From the NCBI GenBank assembly GCA_044440125.1, contig JBITAJ010000022.1, forward strand, positions 1-64,000: a DNA stretch of 64,000 nt. Reading direction: 5' to 3'. The notes beneath the pieces are model-generated. The model ran no database searches. It was given only the letters and a program-made list of their open reading frames with translations, and was not told the DNA's origin. How positions within the stretch are numbered: position 1 is the stretch's first letter; each line of letters begins with the position of its first letter. This document shows, in pieces, positions 49,809 through 60,111 of this stretch. Source of the DNA: Sedimentisphaeraceae bacterium JB056. GTDB lineage: Bacteria > Planctomycetota > Phycisphaerae > Sedimentisphaerales > Sedimentisphaeraceae. The position numbers and the translations under genes were made by a program.

Positions 49809-51164
49809 ATGGAAAAGAACGATAACGACAGAATTGCATCAGTAAGGGATTTGATAACCAAATTCCCAACAACTCCGGGTCTTTATTTTATGAAAGACCA
49901 TAAGGACAAGGTTCTTTATATAGGTAAGGCAAAGAACTTAAGAAGTCGTGCTTCAAGTTACTTTCAACCCGGAAGTGATATAGCATCAAGCCGTGGACCT
50001 AAGATAGTGGAGATGATATCAAAGGTCCATACTGTTGACTATATAGAAGCTAAAAGTGAGGTTGATGCCGTGCTTAAGGAAGCACGCTTGATAAAAGATA
50101 TACGGCCGCCTTACAATACCGATTTACTTGATGACAAATCTTTTCCGTACCTGCAGATAACAACAGGAGATGATTTTCCGGGAGTATACATTACAAGGAA
50201 TCCAGGACAGAAAAAAAGCAGGCTTTTCGGCCCTTTTACTGCAAGTAGAGATCTCCGAGCAGCACTTGTGTTAATGCAGAAGATATACAAGTTCAGGACA
50301 TGCAGACTTGATATATCTGCCTCAGATCATAAAAGGAGGTTTTTCCGTCCATGTCTTCTGTACAGTATAAAGCAGTGCAGCGGTCCATGTGCTGACAAGA
50401 TAAGTAAAAACCAATATAAGCAAGTAATAACAGATCTCACAAAGTTCTTAAGATCAAAACGCACAGTAGTATTGCGTGACCTTAAAAAGAAAATGCAGCA
50501 GGCTGCAGAGAAACTTGATTATGAAAAGGCAGCCGAGCTTCGCGACAGGGTTAAGCTGATTGAAAGACTCGACCGGAGAGGATCAGTTGAATACAATCAG
50601 CAGCCGGAAGTCTTCGCTGCTGATCCTACAGAAGCAAACGAGAAGCTCGCAACACTGCTTGGAAGCGAGAGTCCAATTAGGACAATAGAGGGCTTTGACA
50701 TAGCACATCTTGGCGGAACAGATACTGTTGGCTCACTTGTTAAATTCATTGACGGTCGCCCATTTAAAGATGGCTACCGCAGGTTCAAGATCAAAACGGT
50801 TAAAGGTATAGATGATTACGCCAGTCTCCAGGAAGTTATAAGAAGACGATACAAGCATGCTGCTGAAGGTGAAGAACTATGGCCGGATATGATTCTCATA
50901 GACGGCGGAATTGGCCAGCTTCATGCTATCGAGCAAGTATTCGCTGAATTTGAAGGCCCCAAACCCTACTTGGCTTCTCTCGCCAAAAAAGATGAAATCA
51001 TCTATATAAGTGGAAAAGAAGGTGAATTCAAGCTGCCCTCCAATTCCCCAGTTCGCAAGTTGTGCCAATACGTTCGTGATGAAGCCCACAGATTTGCGCA
51101 ACACTACCATCACATACTGCGTAGAAAAAGCGTAATTCCTCAAGAGAAGAAAAAAAATGACTGA
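49809..51164 (+). CDS. uvrC: Excinuclease ABC subunit C (short form lacking C-terminal HhH)
   Basis: GIY-YIG (PGLY..YIGKAKNLR), UVR domain, RNase H-like EGFDIAH, IDGGIGQL, RDEAHRFA. Confidence 0.92.
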   Translation: MEKNDNDRIASVRDLITKFPTTPGLYFMKDHKDKVLYIGKAKNLRSRASSYFQPGSDIASSRGPKIVEMISKVHTVDYIEAKSEVDAVLKEARLIKDIRPPYNTDLLDDKSFPYLQITTGDDFPGVYITRNPGQKKSRLFGPFTASRDLRAALVLMQKIYKFRTCRLDISASDHKRRFFRPCLLYSIKQCSGPCADKISKNQYKQVITDLTKFLRSKRTVVLRDLKKKMQQAAEKLDYEKAAELRDRVKLIERLDRRGSVEYNQQPEVFAADPTEANEKLATLLGSESPIRTIEGFDIAHLGGTDTVGSLVKFIDGRPFKDGYRRFKIKTVKGIDDYASLQEVIRRRYKHAAEGEELWPDMILIDGGIGQLHAIEQVFAEFEGPKPYLASLAKKDEIIYISGKEGEFKLPSNSPVRKLCQYVRDEAHRFAQHYHHILRRKSVIPQEKKKND

Positions 51165-52293
51165 TGTCATTACAAAATCACTATATGTGCATATTCCATT
51201 CTGTAAAGTTAAATGCCCTTACTGCGGCTTTTACTCAAAACCAGTAGGCAGCAAATCTGATACTGGCAAATACATAAATGCAGTGATAAAAGAAATAGAG
51301 TCGCTTGATATAATACCTGACAAAATAAAGACAATATATTTAGGCGGCGGTACCCCTACAATCCTGCCTCTAAATGACCTTTATAAAATGATGGGTTATT
51401 TGTCAGAAAAATTTGTTTTTGTTGAGGAATTCACGATAGAAACAAATCCATCCAATACTTCGCGTATTAACTGGAAAGAATTACGAAATTTTGGCATAAA
51501 CAGGGTCTCAGTAGGTATTCAGTCTCTAATAAACAACGAGCTTAAATATCTGGCAAGACCATATAAAGCCGAAAGCATTCCTGATTACATTGATTCTATC
51601 TTAAGAACTGGCATAGACAATATTGCAGGCGACCTTATATTTGCAATACCGGGAAGTACAATCGAAAATTGGAAATATACTCTTGCCGAAATAGCTAAAC
51701 TGCCTCTGAAACACATATCCGCTTACAGTCTTTCTTTTGACACAGGAACCTATTTCACGAAAATGAAAGAAAGCGGTAAAATCATCGCAGTTGATGACGA
51801 AACTGACAGAGAAATGTACACAACTGCAATTGATCTGCTCAGAGCTGAAGGATTCGAACAATATGAGATATCCAATTTCGCAAAAGATAACTTCAAATGC
51901 AGACACAATTTGACTTATTGGAGAAATGAAGGTTATGTAGGCGCAGGTGCTTCTGCCGGCTCTTTTCACAACATGATAAGAAGCGAGAATATCCCGAATG
52001 TCGAGTCTTATATAAATCACATAGAAAACAACACTTCACATAAAACATACGAGAACAAGATAAACGCACTCAGCTATGCCAGCGAAACAGCAATACTTCA
52101 ATTAAGAACAAACTGCGGCGTGGATATTGATGATTTCAAAGCCAAAACAGGATTTGACATTCTTGAAATGTTCAATGGCGAAATTTCTGCAAATGTAGAA
52201 AAAAAACTGTTACAAATCAAAAACGGCTCGCTCAGCCTAACCCCCAACGCATACCCTATAGCCGACAGTGTTTTATGCGATTTTGCAAGATAA
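51157..52293 (+). CDS. hemW: Radical SAM heme chaperone HemW (HemN-like)
   Basis: LYVHIPFCKVKCPYCGF, GGGTP, HISAY, YEISNFA...HNLTYW. Confidence 0.88.
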   Translation: MTDVITKSLYVHIPFCKVKCPYCGFYSKPVGSKSDTGKYINAVIKEIESLDIIPDKIKTIYLGGGTPTILPLNDLYKMMGYLSEKFVFVEEFTIETNPSNTSRINWKELRNFGINRVSVGIQSLINNELKYLARPYKAESIPDYIDSILRTGIDNIAGDLIFAIPGSTIENWKYTLAEIAKLPLKHISAYSLSFDTGTYFTKMKESGKIIAVDDETDREMYTTAIDLLRAEGFEQYEISNFAKDNFKCRHNLTYWRNEGYVGAGASAGSFHNMIRSENIPNVESYINHIENNTSHKTYENKINALSYASETAILQLRTNCGVDIDDFKAKTGFDILEMFNGEISANVEKKLLQIKNGSLSLTPNAYPIADSVLCDFAR

Positions 52294-52360
52294 GGCGCTC
52301 AAATTAAAAATATCTAATTAGATTGAAAAGATATTTATTTTTACTAAAAGTCTAAAAATC

Positions 52361-52451
52361 GCTAAAACAACCTATTTCACGACAAAAGTGCTAAAAAAAT
52401 ATACAAAAATGCTAAAATAGTCTTTGTAATGTGGTCGCTTTATAATATAAT
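52361..52451 (+). promoter_or_regulatory. Direct repeats (21-bp period) abutting a candidate promoter
   Basis: ACAAAAGTGCTAAAA (52382) and ACAAAAATGCTAAAA (52403), third GCTAAAA at 52361; TTGTAA (52424)-N16-TATAAT (52446). Confidence 0.45.
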
Positions 52452-52564
52452 CACATGCAATATTACTTCTTATTAAGAGAAATTAATAAGCATTTTCAGT
52501 TATTTTAGTCTAAATCAGATAGAAAGTTTAAACTCCACAAAGCATAATTGTATCGGATGCCAAA

Positions 52565-53683
52565 ATGAACAATACAAATAATGAGTCACAATCAGATGAC
52601 AGACTTGAGTCGTTAGATGTACTTCGCGGATTTGACATATTCTGGATTGTAGGTGGCGGTGGACTGTTAACCGCAATAATTCACTGTCTCAACATCCCAT
52701 CTCTAAATCGCATTCTCCCACATCTGGAATACTCTCGCTGGAACGGCTTTACTGCCTGGGACCTTATATTTCCACTCTTCATTTTCATATCAGGCGTAGC
52801 GATGCCCTTTTCGTTTGAAAAGTATATACGGAATGAACAAAAAACAACCCTGTATCTAAAAGTTCTTAAGAGAGCCGCAATTCTTGTTGTTCTTGGGTGT
52901 ATTTACAATGGCCTGCTCCAAACACTTGACTTCAGCAGTGCACGATATCTCAGTGTTTTAGGCCTTATCGGAATGGCTTATTTCTGGTCTTCGATTGTGG
53001 TAATGAATTTTAAACCGGCTATACAGGTTTCAATAGCTGCAATAATACTTATAAGCTATTATCTAATACTGACTTATGCTCATGTGCCTGGCTATGGGGC
53101 CGGGGTGCTGACAATGGAAGGGAATTTCGCGTCATATATTGATCGGACAATAGTACCCGGCAGATTATTGGCAGGCGCAAGTGACCCAGAAGGATTGCTT
53201 ATGACATTCCCTGCGTCTGTTCTTGCGATAATAGGTGCAGTATGCGGTAATTTCTTAAAAAAAGACATAAATCCATACAAAAAGATAACATACATTATTG
53301 CAGCGGCAACAGTGTGTCTGATAACCGGATTAATTTGGGATAAAACATTCCCGATAAATAAAAGACTCTGGACAAGTTCTTTTGTTGTCTATGCATCAGG
53401 ATACTCATTGATTCTAATGGCTATATTTTATCTTGTTGTAGATATATGGCAAATTCGCAAGTTGTTCTTCCCGTTTCTCTTGATCGGACTAAACCCAATA
53501 GCCATTTATATATGTGCTCACAAATTGATAGATTTCGAAAGTATGTCAAGATTTCTATTCGGTGGATTACTTATTATATCACCGAATCAATTTGAACCTA
53601 TAATAACCGCCATTTCGATACTAATTTGCGAATTATTGTTTCTGTATGTACTATATCGAAAGAAACTGGCCTTCAAAATATAA
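52565..53683 (+). CDS. DUF5009/heparan-alpha-glucosaminide N-acetyltransferase-like membrane protein (NagX-like)
   Basis: RLESLDVLRGFD, W.GFT.WDLIFPLFIF..G, DPEGLL, PINKRLWTSSF. Confidence 0.85.
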   Translation: MNNTNNESQSDDRLESLDVLRGFDIFWIVGGGGLLTAIIHCLNIPSLNRILPHLEYSRWNGFTAWDLIFPLFIFISGVAMPFSFEKYIRNEQKTTLYLKVLKRAAILVVLGCIYNGLLQTLDFSSARYLSVLGLIGMAYFWSSIVVMNFKPAIQVSIAAIILISYYLILTYAHVPGYGAGVLTMEGNFASYIDRTIVPGRLLAGASDPEGLLMTFPASVLAIIGAVCGNFLKKDINPYKKITYIIAAATVCLITGLIWDKTFPINKRLWTSSFVVYASGYSLILMAIFYLVVDIWQIRKLFFPFLLIGLNPIAIYICAHKLIDFESMSRFLFGGLLIISPNQFEPIITAISILICELLFLYVLYRKKLAFKI

Positions 53684-53686
53684 AGA

Positions 53687-54511
53687 TCAGGAAAACTGAG
53701 ACCCTATTAAAGACAGTACTAAATTAGAGCCGTTAAACATTGCATGAAGAAATATTGACTGCAAAAGTGAACCGCTCTTTTCATATACGTACCCAAGTAC
53801 ACATGAAAAGAGAAATAACGCGGGCCAATGCATCCACAATGTACCTCCATGCACAATAGCAAAAAATACAGATGTCATAAATATTGCTCCCCACCTGTTC
53901 TGGATATTTTCAGAAACTTTGGTCTGCACAAATCCTCTAAAAAGAATTTCCTCAAGCAGCGGAGCCACAAATACAACGATTATGCTTATAAATACGATAA
54001 CCAATTGAGAACTTGCAGTATTGGCGTAATCAAGCATGGGATGCGAAGGCACATTCATTTTCCCATTGGTCAAATAAGGAACCAATGCCGTTATACATAT
54101 CATCATTGCCGTAACGGCAGGCCAAGACTGAACAAGAACGCCAAATGCTCTTTTAAAATCTCTTTTTGCCGTTTTAAAATCAATACCAAAGCCAGAAAGA
54201 CCTCCATTAAAAAATGCCGCGGCAAGTGTAAGCGATAAAAAAGAAGTAAGCACCGATGAAACGGCAAGAGATGTCTGATTTATTATGGGATCATCCTTAT
54301 CTGAAATACCGGTAATCAGCATCAACGCACGAGCAACAACAAACATAGTAAATATCCATACACCAAAAAGGAAGAATGGTGCCCATAAAGGAAGACAGTT
54401 GTCCCGAATCGGCGAATTATTAAAACTTTCACGCCCCCAGTTATTTCTCTCTACCCATCCGGCAAAGAATATTATAGCCAAAACAGATGTAATAATACCC
54501 CATATAAGCAT
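53687..54511 (-). CDS. CPBP/CAAX-family intramembrane metalloprotease
   Basis: EEILFRG, FFAIVH, HAMFN. Confidence 0.9.
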   Translation of the reverse strand: MLIWGIITSVLAIIFFAGWVERNNWGRESFNNSPIRDNCLPLWAPFFLFGVWIFTMFVVARALMLITGISDKDDPIINQTSLAVSSVLTSFLSLTLAAAFFNGGLSGFGIDFKTAKRDFKRAFGVLVQSWPAVTAMMICITALVPYLTNGKMNVPSHPMLDYANTASSQLVIVFISIIVVFVAPLLEEILFRGFVQTKVSENIQNRWGAIFMTSVFFAIVHGGTLWMHWPALFLFSCVLGYVYEKSGSLLQSIFLHAMFNGSNLVLSLIGSQFS

Positions 54512-54618
54512 AAAATGACCTTATTTATAGATTTTGTCTTGAATTAAAATTATGAATATATTATATTGAGAATGGTATTATAATCAAATCAATAAAAGAC
54601 TTAAAATGGACTTGAGAT

Positions 54619-55884
54619 ATGGATATCTTCAAAATTCATGGCAGGACAAGGCTGTCCGGTGAGATCACTACAAGCGGCTCAAAAAATGCCGCTCTTCCTA
54701 TCCTTGCAGCAACCTTGCTGACAAAAGGAACCTCGGTTATCAAAAATGTACCGTTGCTCTCTGATACTTCTTTCATGGCCAAAATCCTTGAAATATTAGG
54801 CTGTCAATGCAATCGGGATGGAACAACTGTTACAATAAATACTGACAATGAAATAAAACCATTTGGTGATTATGACATTGTGCGAAAAATGCGTGCCAGC
54901 ATCTGTATATTAGGCCCCCTTCTTGCACGTTGCGGCAAAGTAGAAGTTTCTATGCCCGGAGGCTGCGCAATTGGCGACAGGCCTATAGATATGCATCTGA
55001 GAGGCCTCAAAGCTCTTGGCGCGGAGATACATCTTGATAACGGCTACATCGTAGCAACGGCTCCCAATGGTCTTAAAGGGACACAGATATTCTTAGGCGG
55101 ACCATTTGGTTCAAGCGTACTTGGAACAGCGAATGTTGCAATGGCAGCGACACTTGCCGAAGGCACAACAACCATAGAATGCGCTGCGTGTGAGCCTGAA
55201 ATAGAGGACCTTTGCGGTTTACTTATTGCAATGGGAGCAAAAATCAAAGGCAAAGGCACCCCAAGACTTACGATTGAAGGAGTAAAAGAACTTCATCCGG
55301 TAGACTATAAAGTGATTCCCGACAGAATAGAAGCCGGCACTTTTATGATAGCGGCAGCTATTACAGGCGGAGAGCTTGAGATTACAGATTGCGACTGCAA
55401 TCATCTGGTTGCGGCGGTAGATACGCTGAGCAGAATGGGAACAGAAATCAAGACAACTGACAAAGGCTGTTTCGTCAGCCATAAAGGACATATACTGCCT
55501 GCAGACATAACTACCCAGCCCTACCCGGGATTCCCTACCGATCTTCAAGCACAATTCATGGCAATGCTTGCTATGGCAAACGGCAATAGCGTTGTAACTG
55601 AAAAGATATATCCTGACAGGTTCATGCATATAGCCGAACTTAACAGAATGGGAGCATCACTGAGAAAAGAAGGTCCGTGTACAATAGTCAACGGCGTTGA
55701 AAAGTTGACCAGTGCACCAATAATGGCATCAGACCTGAGAGCCAGTGCCGCACTGGTGCTTGCGGCGATGGCAGCCGAAGGTGAAACAATCATAAACAGG
55801 GTCTACCATATAGATCGCGGTTACGAAAAGATTGAAGAAAAACTTAATGCTGTAGGCGCCAAAATAATACGCGAAAATATATAA
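54619..55884 (+). CDS. murA: UDP-N-acetylglucosamine 1-carboxyvinyltransferase
   Basis: GSKNAALP, MRAS, PGGCAIG.RP (active-site Cys present), PDRIEAGT, PGFPTDLQ, HIDRGYE. Confidence 0.97.
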   Translation: MDIFKIHGRTRLSGEITTSGSKNAALPILAATLLTKGTSVIKNVPLLSDTSFMAKILEILGCQCNRDGTTVTINTDNEIKPFGDYDIVRKMRASICILGPLLARCGKVEVSMPGGCAIGDRPIDMHLRGLKALGAEIHLDNGYIVATAPNGLKGTQIFLGGPFGSSVLGTANVAMAATLAEGTTTIECAACEPEIEDLCGLLIAMGAKIKGKGTPRLTIEGVKELHPVDYKVIPDRIEAGTFMIAAAITGGELEITDCDCNHLVAAVDTLSRMGTEIKTTDKGCFVSHKGHILPADITTQPYPGFPTDLQAQFMAMLAMANGNSVVTEKIYPDRFMHIAELNRMGASLRKEGPCTIVNGVEKLTSAPIMASDLRASAALVLAAMAAEGETIINRVYHIDRGYEKIEEKLNAVGAKIIRENI

Positions 55885-55922
55885 AAAAAGGCTGTTGCAA
55901 TTTAGAACGCAACAGCCTTTTA
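55884..55922. terminator. Bidirectional intrinsic terminator
   Basis: AAAAGGCTGTTGC / GCAACAGCCTTTT stem with A and T flanks between convergent genes. Confidence 0.85.
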
Positions 55923-55943
55923 AGTTTTATTCAGATAGCAAAA

Positions 55944-57470
55944 TCATTCTTCTATCCCGTATTTCTTTTTCTGATGTGCAGGTATGGAATCAAGTATTTT
56001 TCGTGCCTCGGCTTCATAAGTCGTACCGGGGAATTTCTCTATAACCTCAAAACAACTCTCTGCGACTCTTCTTGAACTTCCAAGCCTAGTATGAGAGCCT
56101 CTGAACATCCTTGCCGCATTAAGTAGCTTCTCAGCTTCAACCTGCTGTTCAGGTTTCAAGTTATTGGTATTTTCCTGACGTTGCTGATCGGTAAGCTCCT
56201 CTTGCTCTTTCACTTCCTCAGTATCTTTTTCCGGTTCTGGCAAAGAATTACTGTCCGCAACTTTCTCTTTGGGCTGTGTAGACGGCAGTTCACCCATCAT
56301 GCCAGGCATACCCATTCCGTGCATATCCATTCCACCAGATGGTGCCGACTTTTTCTCTATCTCCCTTTCTTTCTGGCTTCCGGGGACAAGGTGGTTTAGA
56401 AGCATAACCGGCAGAAAACCTTCTGAAGACCCAGCATACAGCACTTTATTATCCTTGCCAATCACAAGCATCAATGCACCTGTCATTTTTATTGCCTGAC
56501 CAACTTCCTTGCTCATTGCATCAATACCGGCAGCAGGGATTGGCTGCGGTGATGGAGAGTTTGTCTTTAAGAACTCATTTAAAACTACTGTCTCATCAAC
56601 ATTTATTGATAGAAAATCAACCTTGTCCTTTGCAATATTGTTTTCATAGAGAGAGCTGAAAGCCGTAACTTCCTTTTTAATTTCTTCAGGGTTTACCGGC
56701 TCTTTGTTAATCAGCTCTTCAACTACTGCCCTTTTTTCAGGAGGCAGTTGCTCTTTCATTGCTTTTAGTTTCTCAAAGTTCTCAGTATCGATTGGCTCCG
56801 GCTTCAATGTCCATAGTAAAACACAGCTATATGAGTCCTCAATTGCATTTTCAGACGTTTTAGGAACAGGCACCTCCCTGCCTATCAATATGCGTGAGAA
56901 TTCCGGCACATCAACGTCCAGATCAGAGCTGTCCATAACTGGGTTTTCCATATCACGCCTCTTCTTGACCAGTCGCAATATCATCTCTTTTGATTTAGGC
57001 TGTCTGCCAGAAAGTACAGAGAACACAACGGCCGAATCGTATGCGTTACCGCTAAGAGGATTTAACATGCAGCTTCTTTCAGTTCGCTTAAGAGCTTCTA
57101 CTGGATCTGATTCTGTGAAATACGTAGTCCACGCCTCTAAAAGCATCAAAACAGACTGCTGCTCTTTTTCCAGCAATCGATAAACTCTTCTGGCTGCCAT
57201 AAAATCTTTTGATATTTCTGAAAGTTTATCTTCGTCGATACTCTGATTTGAAGAAACTGCAGAAAGCATAAAAGCAAGATTATCTTCCGCCTTTGAATAT
57301 ACCTGTTCAGCCTGCTCTTTCTGTTCCCTTAACCTGTCCTCTCTTGAACTGCGTTGGCGAGTATTTGTTGACCTGGAATCTCTATCAAGATCAAAACCAT
57401 CTTCACACAAACCTATGTTAGCCAATATAATAATACCGAGAAGAAAATACAATCTCATAATCAACCTCAT
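55944..57470 (-). CDS. Secreted hypothetical protein (TPR-like helices, possible Cys-less thioredoxin-like domain)
   Basis: Signal peptide; DFLSINVD...LMLVIGKDNKVLYAG resembles the TlpA fold; Met/Gly-rich linker; C-terminal FPGTTYEAEA. Confidence 0.6.
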   Translation of the reverse strand: MRLIMRLYFLLGIIILANIGLCEDGFDLDRDSRSTNTRQRSSREDRLREQKEQAEQVYSKAEDNLAFMLSAVSSNQSIDEDKLSEISKDFMAARRVYRLLEKEQQSVLMLLEAWTTYFTESDPVEALKRTERSCMLNPLSGNAYDSAVVFSVLSGRQPKSKEMILRLVKKRRDMENPVMDSSDLDVDVPEFSRILIGREVPVPKTSENAIEDSYSCVLLWTLKPEPIDTENFEKLKAMKEQLPPEKRAVVEELINKEPVNPEEIKKEVTAFSSLYENNIAKDKVDFLSINVDETVVLNEFLKTNSPSPQPIPAAGIDAMSKEVGQAIKMTGALMLVIGKDNKVLYAGSSEGFLPVMLLNHLVPGSQKEREIEKKSAPSGGMDMHGMGMPGMMGELPSTQPKEKVADSNSLPEPEKDTEEVKEQEELTDQQRQENTNNLKPEQQVEAEKLLNAARMFRGSHTRLGSSRRVAESCFEVIEKFPGTTYEAEARKILDSIPAHQKKKYGIEE

Positions 57471-57592
57471 CTTTTATAAATACAATTAACTTATGCCTAT
57501 AATTTTAACATTTTACAATATAAAAAAAAGAAAATTCCATATTATGTGGCTCTCAACACTTGCCTTATTTGACACGAGAAAACCACAAACTT

Positions 57593-57628
57593 AAAAAGGC
57601 CGTTACAACAATCGTCATAACAGCCTTT
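57593..57628 (-). terminator. Intrinsic terminator after the GDSL gene
   Basis: AAAGGCTGTTATGAC-GATT-GTTGTAACGGCCTTTTT on the - strand. Confidence 0.75.
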
Positions 57629-57650
57629 GAATTCAATACTTAGCCATATT

Positions 57651-58358
57651 TTATTCAGATAGAAGCTTGTCTATCAGAACTCTGATATTGTCAGTCCATA
57701 TTTTGTAGCCTGCGTCATTGAGGTGAAGCTTATCTTCTCTATAAAGCTTTGGATCAGGTTTTCCATCTTTGCCAAACAGGATAGAGGCCGCATCGAAATA
57801 ATACAGTTTATCTTCCTTCTCAGCAGTTTGTTTCAGCATTTGATTCGCCTCAGCAAAATCACCACTTCTATCAGCACGCGACTGGCTCATTTTGGTTGCC
57901 ATCACGATAACATCAACATTGGGATAAATTTCACGTATCGTTGAATATAATGCATCGAAATCTGACGAAATGCGTTCTGGCGACTTGCCCCAATAAGGAT
58001 CATTATCTCCTGAATACAGCACGATAACCTTTGGGTTGTACGGCTTGATAAGCGTATCGGCCCAGTAAATAATATCAGAATATATTGAACCGCCAAAACC
58101 CCTGTTTATAACCGGAAGATCAGGAAAGCATTCCCTTGTCTTCCAAAGATTGATACTTGAACTTCCAACAAACAAAATACCGTTTTCAGGGAAGGTATTT
58201 TCTGAGTCCCAGTTGCGAAAATCCGCCATTACCTTTTCCCATCTTTTTGCCGACTCCATGCTTTTCTGGTCAGCAGGCATTTTCGAATCAGCCAAACTGA
58301 CACCTGCAATCACAAGCAGCATTGCTGTGATGAGACACTTATTAAATCTTTTCACCAT
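57651..58358 (-). CDS. Secreted SGNH/GDSL esterase
   Basis: FVGSSS, NRGFGGS, YSGDND, DKLH (DxxH). Confidence 0.9.
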   Translation of the reverse strand: MVKRFNKCLITAMLLVIAGVSLADSKMPADQKSMESAKRWEKVMADFRNWDSENTFPENGILFVGSSSINLWKTRECFPDLPVINRGFGGSIYSDIIYWADTLIKPYNPKVIVLYSGDNDPYWGKSPERISSDFDALYSTIREIYPNVDVIVMATKMSQSRADRSGDFAEANQMLKQTAEKEDKLYYFDAASILFGKDGKPDPKLYREDKLHLNDAGYKIWTDNIRVLIDKLLSE

Positions 58359-58464
58359 TTAATTATCTCCTGAATAAAATTATAAAATATTAAAACGACA
58401 AAACTTAATAATATCTTCAAGAGTAAATTTTTCAAGCAGTTTATTAAAATATTATTCAGCAAAA

Positions 58465-58500
58465 TTCAGACCCCATTACTCAACAATAATGGGGTTTGAA
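58465..58500 (-). terminator. Probable terminator after the 58524-60071 gene
   Basis: TTCAGACCCCATTA / TAATGGGGTTTGAA inverted repeat. Confidence 0.6.
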
Positions 58501-58523
58501 TAGCAATCAGTCATTAAAAAGTT

Positions 58524-60071
58524 TTATGGGAATAGATTGATATTGTCTATATAGATTGTCCCGCTTCCTCCTGCTGAAGGATTGAACGGGTTACCTACAC
58601 CAATTTTGATCGTATCAATCGAATTGAGATTTATATTGGAATTTGCCGTAACAATATCACTGAACTGTATATACCATATTTGCCATGATTCAGTTAGGGT
58701 TACGTTTGAAATAGGGCATACAAGTGCTGCTTGTTGCTCACCGTCATCCAGAGTTACGTATATATATTCGTTGGAGTTGGCCGAATCACCATATATCCAG
58801 ACAGACATTTTCGTTGCTCCAGAGCAGAGAAAATCACCATTGAACGGACAACTGATTGATGTTGCACTTCCAAGATATGGACTTGAGCTGTTATCATAAG
58901 TTATAGACATTGATGCAGAGCCTCTTGCCGGGTTTGAACAAGGCGAAAGCTGAACATTATCAGCGATCCATTCCGAATCCAGTGAGGCCTGATCTGAATA
59001 CTCAAACCAGAAAATCTTGAGATAATCACGGACATAAAAAGTCCAAACGTCTCCCTCAACAATAGTCGATTCCTTAAGTTCATCAACCCGCCAGTAATAA
59101 TCGGTGTCAAAGTCGAGGTTGGTAAGGCGAAGTTCCGGTACAGCAGTACCAGCGGCGGCTATTGCAAGGTCATCGGCGGATGTGCCAAGGTAAACATTCC
59201 ATGTTCTGCCTGTTGCGCCTGGCTGCCAGCTTAGTTCTGTAATCGTATAAGATGATGAATTTTCGGCTGGTGAAGGTGATGAAACAGCCCATATGTCTGT
59301 ATTATTAGGTGAGCAGACAATTGTCCAATATCCGTCATAAGATATTACTGGTGCTTGGGTACCGCTGTCGGTTAATATAAGGCCGCTGCTGATAAGGTCA
59401 CTTATTTCATCTCTTAGATCACCTTTAACTTTGAGTGTTGCGTTATCTTCGATGTTTATACTTACATCCTCGCCGCTTCCCATAACGAGGTTGTTCACTT
59501 CAAGTACGCCTCTTTCGTCTATATTTACTCGCACCATTATATCATCACCGGTATCTCCGGGGATGACAAATCCGCTTTGTCTGTAAGTTGTGCTTCCTTC
59601 TGTGGTAACATACATACGAGCATTGTCGGTTATATTGAGTCTGGCAACAGATATTGAGCTTCCAGAAGGTGTTCCATATCCTAATGCCATTGATGCTGTC
59701 TGCACATAAGCGTCACCGCTGAGATTGATCTCGCAACCTTTATCGTAGTCGCTTGTTATGGAACCGGCAACATACCAGTAGCCGTTACAAACAAAACTGC
59801 CGCCGGTATAGTTCACTGTTGTTAATGTATTGTTATAGGCTGAACCGTCCATGAAAAGCATTCGACTGACAGTTATTTCATCTCCATCTATTACTTCCAG
59901 TATTTCTCCATATCCCTGAATCTTCAATTGATTTGATGAATCTGGGTAGCCGAGCGTCCAGTTGCTCGTATTTGTCCAGAGATTATTGCCTCCCGAACCA
60001 GTCCATTCGTTTGCGGCATAAACCGAAACTGCAAGAAAAAATATTATTATAGTGAGTAGTATATTTTTCAT
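58524..60071 (-). CDS. Secreted protein: shared N-terminal beta-rich module + FN3-like + CBM-like jelly-roll domain
   Basis: Signal peptide; LSWQPG...VYLGT...YYWRVDE...GDVWTF (FN3-like); C-terminal GSGTIYIDNI (CBM11-like). Confidence 0.7.
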   Translation of the reverse strand: MKNILLTIIIFFLAVSVYAANEWTGSGGNNLWTNTSNWTLGYPDSSNQLKIQGYGEILEVIDGDEITVSRMLFMDGSAYNNTLTTVNYTGGSFVCNGYWYVAGSITSDYDKGCEINLSGDAYVQTASMALGYGTPSGSSISVARLNITDNARMYVTTEGSTTYRQSGFVIPGDTGDDIMVRVNIDERGVLEVNNLVMGSGEDVSINIEDNATLKVKGDLRDEISDLISSGLILTDSGTQAPVISYDGYWTIVCSPNNTDIWAVSSPSPAENSSSYTITELSWQPGATGRTWNVYLGTSADDLAIAAAGTAVPELRLTNLDFDTDYYWRVDELKESTIVEGDVWTFYVRDYLKIFWFEYSDQASLDSEWIADNVQLSPCSNPARGSASMSITYDNSSSPYLGSATSISCPFNGDFLCSGATKMSVWIYGDSANSNEYIYVTLDDGEQQAALVCPISNVTLTESWQIWYIQFSDIVTANSNINLNSIDTIKIGVGNPFNPSAGGSGTIYIDNINLFP

Positions 60072-60111
60072 AAATTATCTCCTGTATTTTGATTAATAGA
60101 TTCAACTTTTA

